Shown in pieces: positions 16,065 through 28,127 of a DNA stretch of 64,000 nt. Every line of letters begins with the position of its first letter. Position 1 is the stretch's first letter. This DNA comes from Syncephalis fuscata S228. Its lineage: Eukaryota > Fungi > Zoopagomycota. The DNA lies in the NCBI GenBank assembly GCA_025786725.1, contig JAHLTZ010000038.1:62001-126000 (forward strand), read 5' to 3'. A program made the translations under genes and the position numbers. The notes beneath the pieces were generated by a model that saw only the letters and a list, made by a program, of their open reading frames with translations, was not told the DNA's origin and did not search any database.

Positions 16065-18532
16065 ATGACTTTTCCAAACTCAAAGCAAACATTTGCCTCT
16101 ACATCTACTCCTACGCTGGGCACAATTCTTCATGTCCCAACCACTGCTGTTGTTGAACAGCCTCTCAATCTTTTAAGTAATGAAGATTTGATTTATTACA
16201 ACGTTCCAGACTTTTGGAACACTTTATCTAACGAGCATCGTGCTGCCATAGTTGCATGGATAGAAATTTGTGAAGCTGAATCCAAAGGTATGTTAAACAA
16301 TACTGAATAACTATTTAGCTAATTGATATTGTTTAGAGTGTATTTTACTAAAAATAGACGCTATATCGTTGGAGCAGACGAAAGCTGGTAATGTATAAAG
16401 ACTATATGAAACAGTAAACTAACTGTATGCACGTGTTATACAGCAACTACTCTTTAGCCGCAAAGTTTATGCCGAAGCACTGCTTCAAACTCTTAGTAGT
16501 AAGTACAATATATACTTTACTAAACCGATATTAAGTATGAGCCATCATAGGAGGATGAAACTGTTACGTGCACGGTAAGAAAATAGTCATTTAACATTTT
16601 TAATGCTAATAAATTACTTAGAATATTGGATTACCACTTTTAACGGGTTAGTTTGAATAGTTATCAACAGTTAAACTGCTAACATTTATTTAGTTAATGA
16701 AACTGAGTTGCTTGTCGGCGAGGCAACAGTAGTAACCGATGATTGCGTTATCCATATACCTGGCAATGAAAGTAAGCAACAACTAATTATTATTATTATT
16801 TCTAATCATAATTGGTAGTAATGTTTAATATTTATTTTATTAAACGTTATACCCCTATCCAAGTAGAAGACAGCTTGGAGTATGAGCAGGTAAGTTTATA
16901 AATACATTTCATATTATTGCTGTACTAACTTTATTGACACTATAGAAGATCAACACGCGATTTATGCTCATTGACAAGATCCTTGGCGAGTAAGTAACTA
17001 AACTTAACAAATTAATTAACTAACCAACTATTTATAATAGGGGATCTTTCGGCAAGGTCCACCTGGGATTTGACCGCAGCACAGGGCGGCGTGCTGCAGT
17101 CAAAGTATCACCAGCAGAGGACAACATTAGCAGCTTCATCCATGAAGTCTGCGTACTAAGCGAGGTGTGTGGCCACCCTCGCATAGTAGGATTTATCGAT
17201 GGCGAGATCACCGCCGCAAACACGTACTTAATTCTCGAGTACGCGTCGGGTGGTGATCTAATCGATTACATTTGTCTTCATGAGACACTTCCAGAGATGG
17301 AAGCAAAAAATATCTTCAAACAGCTGCTTGAAGGCATTCAAGTAAGTAATACTATAAAACTTTAATTAAAATACTAACATTTTATTAGCACCTTCACAGC
17401 AAAGATATCATCCATTGCGGTAAGTAGCTGATCTATTAATCAATATAATCACTAATCACTATTATTGTTGCTATTACTATTTAGATATCAAAGTAGGTCA
17501 TTTATCTAATATTTATAACCATTGCTAACATTTAAACAGCCTGACAACATATTGCTGTTAGATGGTCAGAGTGCTCCCAAAGTCGTTTTTTCAGACTTTG
17601 GAATGGCGCGCGTTCTTCCCCCTTCATCCGCTGTGACCACCGTCTATGGCACAGTGTCCTATATGGCACCTGAAGTGCTATTAGGATCTGAAGGGCGGGA
17701 GAAAATGCTTTCCATCGTCGAAACGATTTGCTGGCCCGCGAATCGTTTCCCTTCAACATTGCTGAATGCTGAAGGGTATGGAAAGCCTGCTGATATGTGG
17801 AGCCTGGGGGTAACGCTTCACGTAATGCTATTTGGTAAGTACAAACAAGAATAAAAATAATATACTAACTATTCTATACTATTGATTAGGCGATTGGCCC
17901 TATGCCTTTACGGACAGCAAATCTGTGTATTTAAAAAGCATGCTACAGAATTTGCCGACATTTGGCCGAGGAAGAAAAGATAGACCAAGCGAAAAAGGTA
18001 AGCTGAATACTTTTTTATTAACAATAGCTAATATATTGCAGCCATTGAGTTGATGGAAGGATTGCTTGATCTCGATGTTAAGACGCGGTTTACTGCTGAA
18101 AACGCGTTGAAATGTACCTGGTTTAACGATGAGCCAGTAGTTGCAACTACACCTGTAGCAGTAATGGCAACATCAACAACAACAACACCATCGTCATCAT
18201 CATCAACAACAACACCATCGTCATCATCATCAACAACAACACCATCGTCATCATCATCAACAACAACACCATCGTCATCATCATCAACAACAACACCATC
18301 GTCATCATCATCAACAACAACACCATCGTCATCATCATCAACAACAACACCATCGTCATCATCATCAGTGACAACAACAGCAGTACCAACAGTAGCGGCA
18401 CTGGTGCATAAGCCTTTACGACGACGACGACGCAAGTTAAAGCGTCAGTGCTACTCAAAATACAAGACGCAAGGTGTAACCAAACGGATACTTCCTTTCC
18501 GCAAGTGTCGTCTTCACAAAAAGGCATATTAA
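16065..18532 (+). CDS. FHA-like domain Ser/Thr protein kinase (CAMK group, Chk2/Dun1/Mek1-like architecture), paralog 1
   Basis: LGEGSFGKV, AAVK, HPRIV, LILEYASGGDL, HCDIKPDNILL (split over an 8-nt exon), DFG, GTVSYMAPE, DMWSLGV, RFTAENAL. N-terminal small exons resemble FHA (RYIVG...C, VNET). Basic C-terminal NLS-like RRRRRKLKR. Confidence 0.88.
18179..18367 (+). repeat. 27-bp coding minisatellite, 7 copies, encoding TTTPSSSSS
   Basis: Seven perfect copies of ACAACAACACCATCGTCATCATCATCA in the kinase C-terminal tail. Confidence 0.95.
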
Positions 18533-18729
18533 TTAAAAGGTAAAAGCTCAACAACAATCATACAAATCGCAATACTAACTATCTATATACTCAGCTGTTC
18601 CATTTCATTCGTTCATTATTTGCCTATATGTTATCAATAAATATCGCAATTACTCTTTATTTAGTATATAAACCATCGTTCTATCTTCTATAATGCGGCG
18701 ATAATTGGTATGTTTATTTTAATGATTTT

Positions 18730-20790
18730 TGGTGTCAAATGACTATTATTTTAATACATTCGCTATTATACTGAATCTATGTTCTATAATAAGAATAGTT
18801 CTAGGGGTAAATGACTTTATTCTCAATGCATTTATTCTTTACTATTAGTCTGTTCTATGATGTATCGACACATTGGGTAGATTGACTTATTATTTACACT
18901 CCATTTATTAATGAATTAAACTCGGCTGTTTATAAATATTGACTGACAGGCTCACATCTCACAATCTACGTCACCACATTTCCCTTTCTCTTTCTTTACA
19001 CTTGACAGCATATATCCATTACATATACTTGTACACTCATATATGCTAACTAGATAGTGTTAGTAGTTGACTGACTACTAGTTATGTACAAACACTATTT
19101 ACATTACTTCTTGCAGCACTGTTTTGTAATCTGACCTTTTTGCTAATCACTTTCATCGCTTTGATAATTAATGCTGGCACCTTTATTAGCATAGTAAGCA
19201 CATTTCTGGCTTGTTTTATGCTATGTTAAGCATATGCTATGTTTTGCTATAGATTGCCACTACAGGTCATCTGGCAACAGCTTTACTATTTCAACAGTGG
19301 CAGTGTGATCTACTACTGTCGAGCCAGCACAAGCCGCTGCCAGTACAATCTGTGGCGGCATTCTCTAGCAAAAACAGTGTATACAGTGATTCTGGCAGCA
19401 TATAGCCAGCACAGTCTTCAGGTACAGCTGCCTTATGCATACACCACCAATATTAGTATATCGAACCGCTAGTATAGTTGCTAAGTAAGTCTTCAGCGCC
19501 AGTGCAACAATGCAAGTTGCTACTGTTGCTATTACTGTATGTGCATAGCTGTCAATACGATGACTGTGGTGACTATATGCGCTGTTACTTCTCTACCAAG
19601 TTCCTTCTCTGTTTGATTCCACTGCCTGAACATTCTCGCTCAACACTGCTTCTTTCTAAACATCGGCGTTTTCAAATGCAACAACTAATGCGTCTAACAC
19701 GTTAACTTGTAGACTGTAGTATATTTAACAAATGTTGCTATTTGATCATTGTCGCTAACGGCTACAGGCTCTGTAATCTATGAACAGACATTGGTGTATA
19801 TGCTGTCGTTTGATTGCAGCGTCTTCCATAGCATCTGCTTAGTATGTAGTCAGCGGTGCTTGTACAGTGCTTTATTTACATTCTAATTATTGCACTAATT
19901 GTCCTGAGCCGGTACTGTAACTGGTGTCAATGTTTATGACGGTTGCGTTTGACAGTCTCTGACTATGTCTATCAGTCTACATCTGAAGCATTTACCGTTT
20001 CTTTGAAGCTACAGGTAAGCATTGTTATGTTTTATTAAATATGTTTATTGTGCGGACAAAGACGGTGTAGCACAAATAGCCATGTACGCTTTTATAATCG
20101 GCTGTTTACTATGGTAAGACAACTGGCGCTGCTATAATAAATATTTGCTTATTTTTACTTCAAACTACTTACCATTTAATCAACTGTTATTTTACATAGA
20201 TATTTAGGTATGCAGTGTTAGTGTTGCTGTTTGCATTCATGCACTGTGTTTTTTTCAAAAATACTAGCTTTTAAAAAGATCAAAGCTTCTTTCCTTACCG
20301 TTTATAATATGGAATATATAGATTCAAATGAATGGTCAAATAAAGTGTAAAATAATGCAATAAAGGTATAGTATGCGTATTGCACAAGCAATCAAGTAAA
20401 ATATACAAACAATACGGCGAGTAACAAATAAACGAGTTTTATCAATAAGACATGATGAGTATAGTTTAGAATAGAATGAATGGATAAAATAATAGTGAAG
20501 ATATACATAGACGATTAAGTACGATGATTGAAACTATAGCAATAAAGCTAGCGCAATAAAACACCTGTGTAAATAGGTTGTGCTCATTATATGATCAATC
20601 AATATACAATATAATAAATACAGCATAGGAATGATATGGGTGGATAGAAGGCATATGCATACTAAATACTAAATCTATAATGACGAGTATTTTAATGGCT
20701 AATGCCACTCATTGCCCAGTTCCATTTTCATTAGTATAAATATATAGTTAAACTGTTAGAGTGCTATTGCGTGTAGTCATGTAAACTCAA
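18730..20790. mobile_element. Older ~2 kb member of the same inverted-repeat family with a different internal sequence
   Basis: Left: ggtgtcaaatgacta (18731) plus two degenerate tandem tips at 18804 and 18875. Right: reversed arm 20650-20790 (tatgcatact...aatctataatgacgagtattt...tagtcatgtaaactcaa). The sub-terminal region matches 30060-30290 in reverse. Confidence 0.6.
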
Positions 20791-21257
20791 TTGTATTAAA
20801 TTGATTTATTCAGATTGATGTTAAATGGTAAAATATTTATAAAAAGGGCCGTATTTTTAATACCTACAATCAAGGTAGATACAGTAGCATAATGAAAATC
20901 AACATAGCAACACGGTAATTATAACATGATATAGTAGTAAAGCAGCTTATACGGTAATTGATGCAGTAGCTATTAATAGTGTTGTTGTCAATATTAAGAT
21001 ATAAACGTCATATCAAATAGTCGGCATACATATACATATGCATCTAATGACACACAATAGTAATAATACTGGCATTTGTCAGTAACAGATACGAGCATAG
21101 CAACTGCTGTTTAGTAGTCTTGCAGCGTTGTCGGTAGCAGCCAGCTGACATTACTGGCAATCTATGCTAATACGCACCAACAAGATAGACATATTGGCTG
21201 CTATAGTAGCAGTTATATAGTTAAAGTAATATTATGTAATACATTTGTAAATTTATT

Positions 21258-22427
21258 CTATAAAGTATCTGGTGGTAGTGTACAGGCTGGTGGATGGCCA
21301 TTAATCACTGTAATGTCGCCTCGGATCGACTTTTTTACGATAGTTGGTGTAGGTGGTGGAGGGAACTGTATTATAGTAGTAACAATGGTAAACAGTAATT
21401 ATATATGTATCGTTAGTATGTTTATTTAAATACATTGTTATTACTTACGGTGCGTCCCGGTTGATTAAAGTGAATTGCTGCCCAAGTTGGATGTTCACGT
21501 TCCAATTGCATAATCTTATCTTCTAATACTTTAAGCCGTTCGTAAATATCAATTGGTACAGATGTAGCTAATATTCAATATATGTAATATCATTCATTAG
21601 TATTATAACAATATACTCATTAATTAACTAGTTACCATATTGAACATTTAAATGCTGTTCGATATTACGGAGTCGTTCATCTACACCAGTATTGCCAACA
21701 ATAGGTTTTGACCACGGAGATGATGTTGTCGAAGTGCTGCTCGCTTTGTTCAACAAAGATGAACCAGCGACAAGTCGCGATAGTGGCTCTCCTCCATTAT
21801 CGACAACATCCAGTTTCATTTGTATAGTGCGGTTTAATTCTGTTGGATTAGTGCGTGCACTATACTCTGTATTATCTATGAATTTACAATTGCAGCTATT
21901 ATTAATATTATAATTCGTTGATAGATAAAGGTATTTGCGTAATTACACACCTTTATCTATGCTAATGGATAAGCTGCAAACTCGGTACAATTACTTTTGT
22001 CAATGTCGGCTCTTTTACGTTGCATCAATCCAAGAATGCGCTTCTCCACCTGATTAATCAATGGTATTAATACTTGGAATAATAAAATATATTATGTAAC
22101 TTACCTGTGATTTAGATTGACGAATTTGTACTTGATCTGCATCTTGTTCGGCATACTTTTTTAATACTACTGTTTCTACAATTACGCTATTAGTTTATAT
22201 TGCTATGTGGTTGCAATAATAGCGGTGTTAGATAACCGACTATCCAGCTACTTTACCGGTTAACTGTTCGTCATTCTCTGTAGACACAGAAAGTGTACGC
22301 TTTCGTACAGACGATGGTTTACCGCTTGGCCGTACTTGTCTGGCTTGTTTCTCGCTCTTTCCCCCTTGTTGCGCCTTCTCTTCCTCTTCTTCCTTTGTAA
22401 TCAGTATGGATTCTTCGTTATCGACAT
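21258..22427 (-). CDS. MBIP-like protein (MAP3K12-binding inhibitory protein family)
   Basis: VEKRILGLMQRKRADIDKSNCTEF(C), SART, GVDERLRNIEQHL and VPIDIYERLKVLEDKIMQLE match the MBIP family pattern. Two -1 shifts (about 22423 and 21978) must be corrected; the exon 1/2 junction is uncertain. Confidence 0.78.
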
Positions 22428-22620
22428 TGTATGATGTGTTTAAAAAAGAATGGTTTGGGAATGTTAAAAATGTGTGTAAAAACTACTATGCCAATTTATA
22501 CCGATATTTATGTAAGCTGTTTTACATTGAACTCCATACTTTTTCAGAAATAAGATATAGAACTCAAATTTCACTTCAATCGAATTTAATGTAAGCAATT
22601 CATTAATAGTTTAATGCAAT

Positions 22621-23591
22621 TTGGTGTTAAATAATTATTTTTAATAACAACCAGCCTATGAACATGATGCTGGATGGTGAGCGACATTGATTATCAAATA
22701 CTCATCATAGTAGATTAATTATATAGTATGCATATATCACCACAGTATGCGTTATTGCTATATATACCCATCACTTTGCTTGATTAACATTAAACCATAA
22801 CTAGTTAGCATGATCTAGTTTATTTATAAATAATCTTAATAAAACATAATTTCGTTCACGCTCATGTTGTTTGTTCTACTAATATAACTCAGTGAACAAA
22901 CTAAGTGCAATATGTCAATTTTATTAATAAAAAAGTTGGAACCATACCGACAACGGTTATAGACAGCGTATGGCCAATATATAATAAAATGATAAACGTT
23001 ATAATGAATATGCAATATTGAACGAGATTAGCAATGTTCAAGCTAATGAGCATATATGCATGAGCAGAGGACCGACATTAGTCGAATTTATTAATAATAA
23101 AGCTAAAACAAAAATAAAAGTAGTTTTGGGTAGAGGAAGACTATGCGAGTATAGAATGATATATAAAATGATAAATGTATGGTAAGAAAGTATAAAACGA
23201 TGTTGAAGTTACAGTGCATATAATGCAATGAGGGGAATGAGTGGAGTGTATTGAAACACATAAACATAGAATGGTCTAGTATATCATTATATGATATATA
23301 GTAGTATGGAATAGAATTGGAATAATATAAGACTAAGGATATATGTGTACCGGGTATATGCATATTGGATAATAAATCTATAATGATGAGTATTTAATAA
23401 TCAATGTCACTCACCACCCATCATCATGTTCAATAGATTGGTGTTATTAAATGTTAGTCATTTGACCACCAAGCAACAATAAATGTGATGATGTAATGAT
23501 TAAATAAAACTCGCCACTTGTCCCATGTTCAATAGATTAATGTGCAGTTCAATTGCGCGAATGTTATTAAATTTGATTATTCGATCACCAA
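22621..23591. mobile_element. Inverted-repeat element copy 2 (inverted relative to copy 1) with an extra ~120 bp outer arm module on the right
   Basis: Core is the reverse complement of 12623-13240. Arms at 22621-22736 and 23356-23472; extra module at 23473-23591. Confidence 0.88.
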
Positions 23592-23710
23592 GATTATGAT
23601 TAAATTATTGATAAAAAACAGTTATATATTAGTATTAAATTAAGCATAGCATATTATGTGATTAATATATTTTATTTAACTTAATCAATAAATAACAAGG
23701 TCCATAAGCT

Positions 23711-25034
23711 CTAAAATACATCTTCATTTTCATTACCACTATTGCTGGATGAATCATCGCCGGTAGAATCTTCATCATCACTACTATCAGGCAAAGCTCT
23801 TATGACATCGCCACTGATGCACGCCAAAGCATAAGTGTGTCCTTTAGCGTTTTCAAGTAGCTGTGAAGCATCAACACTAAACGCTACAACAGCATCGCCA
23901 CCCAATGCTGCCGCGTATGCCTTCACTGAAGCATGAACTTCGGCTAGAAAGAGCCGTGTAAAACTACCAATGCCCAATGCACCCGTGTCGTAGCCAGCAT
24001 GCGACTCTTTAACAAAATGGAGAGCAACCCGGCCCAAATGTTCGATACGAGGCAACGGTAGAACACGCAACGGCGTTAATAGAATACTTCGTGGTGGTCG
24101 AGCTGATCGCCACGAGTTTAAAGCAGTCGTTACTGTTGCAGCCGTCAGTTCCGATTGCTGTGTTATACTGGGTGCTTTTCTAATCGTTGCCGCAGTTATT
24201 GTCGTTGAGCGTACTTGTTCAACTGGCCGATGTAACGCAAGGCTTGACAACAAGGCTAATGATCGATTTGATGGTGATGATTTTACGCTTACTAACGATT
24301 GTGCCATCTCTTCGTCCATTGTGAATAGATTGATGCGGTGCCTTGATTATTGCCAGCCAATTGGTTTGTACCTCTTACTGGTTCACTTAATGTTCGTTGA
24401 CTAAGTAGTGGACCGGCAATGCTGGCCAATTCTTCAGCTGCACATTTCTCATCATCTGGTAGTTGTGTCCATGGATCGACAGCTGCTGCTTGTGATGCCG
24501 GCCATATAACATGTCCATCCTCATCTCGGCTCAAATAAGATGCCGATGACCGTTGATACCGTCCTTTAGCGCCTATCGAGACTTCATCCCCGCCAGATAG
24601 AGTTGCTTCAACAGGTTGCAATACCGAGGCAATTAATTGGACTTGTACTTCGTAGGCGTGTGGTAATTGTACCATTAGTTGTATACCGCCCAATAAACAC
24701 GGTTCAAGCGTTAGTAGTCTGACCCGTAGCTCTTCATAAAGCTGTCGAATAATATTTGAAAACTGCCGATTAGGATGGTGGTCCATACTTGTAATGGCAC
24801 TCTGCTTAACAACGTGTACCAATTGAACCATTTGATAAGGCCGATCCCTAGGCGGATGTGCTAATTCACACGACAGTTTAAATGTGTCGCCAAATACTGG
24901 ATCTAGCAATACAGCCAGTAAATCTTCATCAGTGTCATCATCAATATGAACGACGGCATGGCGTCGACGAGCCTCTGCATCTAATTCATCTTCACTATCG
25001 GAACTAGATGAACTAGATGATTCTGATTCTATAA

Positions 25035-25067
<33 letters not shown>

Positions 25068-27543
25068 TTTTATTGTTATTATTGGATGGTGATGCTGATG
25101 CCAATACAGGATGAGACCATGGTGAAGAACGATATGCAATAGGTATTGCATCCATATTTGTTGTTGTTATTATTATTGCATTATTACTACTATTATCTAA
25201 TTGCTGCTGTTGCTTTTTCATTTGAAAAGCATGATCTAACGTAGCACGATTTTGTTCACTTAAAATCATAATACGGCGTTGTAATTCAAGTAAACTAATA
25301 AAATATATTAGCTATAATCCATACATCATATTCACATCAATCTTACTTGCGATCCTCCTCGTCTAATACTTCCAAATTACGAGCAATTCTTAAAGCCGGC
25401 GGTGTAGGTAGTGCTGTCAAATAATAAGCCATACCTGTAGCTACTGCTACAATTAACGAATCGCCAATGGCCAGTTCAATACGTAGACCGAATATTGCAT
25501 TCATGCCTTGAATGCGTAGCTTATAAACAAGTTGGCGATGAATGTCATATTCTATAAATGGCATGGCTTCACTAATAATGGTTGCATTTGATTCGCCTTC
25601 TTTGCGTTTCTTAGCCCGACATAAATGTGCCTGTACAAAACATCCCTCGCCTACAATATCCAATTCTGATGGCCGTTCCACTGTTGTCAATAGTATTTCT
25701 GGTACAAATCGTTTACGACAACAGCCACACTTGACATAATTCATAGTAAATGGCGATTCAGATCGATGATAAGGCAAGTGAAGCATACGACAGCCTAGTT
25801 AATTGTCAGCTGATATATTCATTGATTACTAACAACTATTTACCAGATGGCCGTTTAATACGACGTGCTTTATGAGATGGCATTGACCGTGATGCCCATG
25901 GCGCTTTATCATGCGATCCTGATGATGACATCATAGTTGAATTGGGCTCATAGGATGATTTACGTGCATGCAAAACGCCAGAATTACTGTTTATAGCGCC
26001 AGATCCGTTACCGCCGCCACTACTGCCTCTTCTTTCATTATTGCCCATAAAACTATGCGATATTGGTGAAGTAAGCTGTCCTAACATTGACCCGCCTGAG
26101 CCTAGCTCAATGATAGCCGCTGTACCGGTTACCGATAATACACATAAATCATCGTGAATGGCCGTCATTTCTGCGTATCCAATAACACTGCTACAGCCAA
26201 GTGTCCGTGCATGACCACGTATTTCTTCACGTAACTCATTCCACCACGCTTCTCTAATCGTCGGATTACCCGAATCGATCAGTTTAACTGATTTGGCCGT
26301 TACTAAACCACCCAGACGAATAATAGCACCGGGTGGAAATGTATCAACAGCAAATAGTTCTTGATCTGTTGTACGGAAAGCATAAGGTGCCAAACTGTGA
26401 TGATCCGATAATATAGAATTAGCCCGTCGATGGCGTAGTCTAGGTCGACTTGGGCCAGCTGGCGATGTAGGAAACTGGCGAGAAAAAAGTGCATTGCCGC
26501 CACTACCGCCATTCATAAGCATTTCACTATCACGACTACTCATTGAGTGCATTGAATTGACTGGACTATGTGGCTGGGATTGACCAGATGGCAGCTTTTT
26601 CATCGATGCAGTTGGTAGTTGTAGCTGCAGTGACTGGCCCGTATTTGCATCTTTGACCATAGACATTGATGGACGTGAAACAGATCCTCCATGGCTATGG
26701 CTATGCTGTTTCTCCAATGATGTTGGCGCCGATGCTGTCTCCAGTCCCAATCGCACTGCACAGCCTACTGCGCGTGCCATAATAATCCCTTCCTCCTGCT
26801 CCAGATCAAACCAATGCCGGTAGCCAGTCACAGCATTGCCACCTAAATCTAACACTTTAACACCCAGGGCACGTCTTAACCGTCCACTCAATCGAAATAA
26901 CAATCGTTGTCGTGCTTCATTAGAGGCGCGAGGTGTTCTAAAGTTGTCGCTCCAGTGATATTCAGGATCGCGTTCCGACTCGATAGCATCGACAAATCCT
27001 AGAGCCACCACTGTTGATCGGCCAAGCGGTGGCAACTGTGCTCCCGACAAGAATGCAACACCAGCCGATGAATCGTTGAACGGATTAGCATCACCAAAGA
27101 ATTGTAGCCGCACTTGGATATGCAACTCTCCCCGGGTGCCGCGTAGTGTATCATAAATGGAAACCAGCCAGATAACTGTCCAACCAGCTCCTTTGACAAT
27201 AAAGGATTCAAATCTAACATGACAACGCCAATCTATAACCTTTATGTTAAACAATGCTTGTATCTAGATATATAATAATACTGACCTCATCATTAGCCGT
27301 AATGGCATCGTAGTCAAGTACACGTAATTCTAACGGCTCGTCTTGTAAATCAGCGTCATCGCTGACTTCATAACGAAAATCTTCATTCCAGACGGGCGAC
27401 AGCGTCTTTCGCGCAATGTCTGTACGCTGCGGCTCGAATTCCGCATACCGAATCTCGACGTAAGCATCTGTCAGCTCGGATTTGCGGTCCATGACCGGTA
27501 AATCTCGTGCGGCAAGCACCTTAACCTTGAGAATACACGGCAT
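23711..27543 (-). CDS. C2 domain-containing protein 5 (C2CD5/KIAA0528-like)
   Basis: N-terminal C2 domain (ARDLPVMDRKSELTDAYVE...PVWNEDFRYEV..DEPL); SGWFP(I)YDTLRGTRGE; LGGNAVTGY; REAWWNELREEIRGHARTLGC; PFIEYDIHRQL; ALGGDAVVAF. Two -1 shifts (about 27159 and 24320). Confidence 0.9.
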
Positions 27544-27889
27544 TATTTATAATAAAAATATGATGCTTGAGAGAAAAATAACTTAATCGATATTATTTGT
27601 ATTCTATTGTTTATTTAGGTCAATAAATTATCTTAAATAGACTGTATTATTTTACTATTACACCAATAATATAATCAGTTACATCATTTACTTGATTTGC
27701 ATTATTATATTTGTATATTATTTTTTATTAATTTAAATATAATTTTTGTTTTGCAATTACTAATATAATACAGTTAGCTACGCCCAAGCTAGGTCTAAAT
27801 GAACAACGGTTTATACAATGTATAATCAATATATAATAAAATAACGTATATTAGAACGATATACATTGGTAAATCATAAATAACTATGA

Positions 27890-28086
27890 GGCTACAGTGT
27901 GTGTAATGCAATGAGTGAAGTAAATCAAGTGTATTGGAGTATATACTAAACAGAACGTGTCTAATGTATCATATAATGATATATGTATACTGAATAAAAG
28001 CGTCCATCTAGTTTTATAGATTATATCTTGAATAATAGTTACGTCATTTAGTTTCATAATTATGTTTTGAATAAAAGTTACATTTG
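27890..28086. repeat. Diverged fragment of the element core followed by 2.5 tandem 38-39 bp units
   Basis: 27890-27985 resembles 35485-35580 (tacagtg..taatgcaatgagtg..gtgtatt..gtgtcta..atatca). Tandem units start with tgaataa(a/t)ag at 27991, 28029 and 28068. Confidence 0.6.
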
Positions 28087-28127
28087 TTAAGCAGAAAAAT
28101 AGTCAGGTACTTATTCTCTTAATCATC

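Noticed and set aside
18028-18557. Minus-strand ORFs with (VVVDDDDDG)n and (LLLMMMTMV)n repeats
   Set aside because: They are antisense shadows of the kinase 27-bp minisatellite.
23103-23363. Small ORFs inside the repeat core (also 35296-35484)
   Set aside because: Low-complexity, no domain, and the frame is not preserved across the three copies; no transposase similarity.
24300-24380. A 37-nt intron (gtaaga...caag on the minus strand) as the explanation for the second C2CD5 frame change
   Set aside because: Splicing it leads into the third frame, which soon hits a stop; it does not join the two ORFs.
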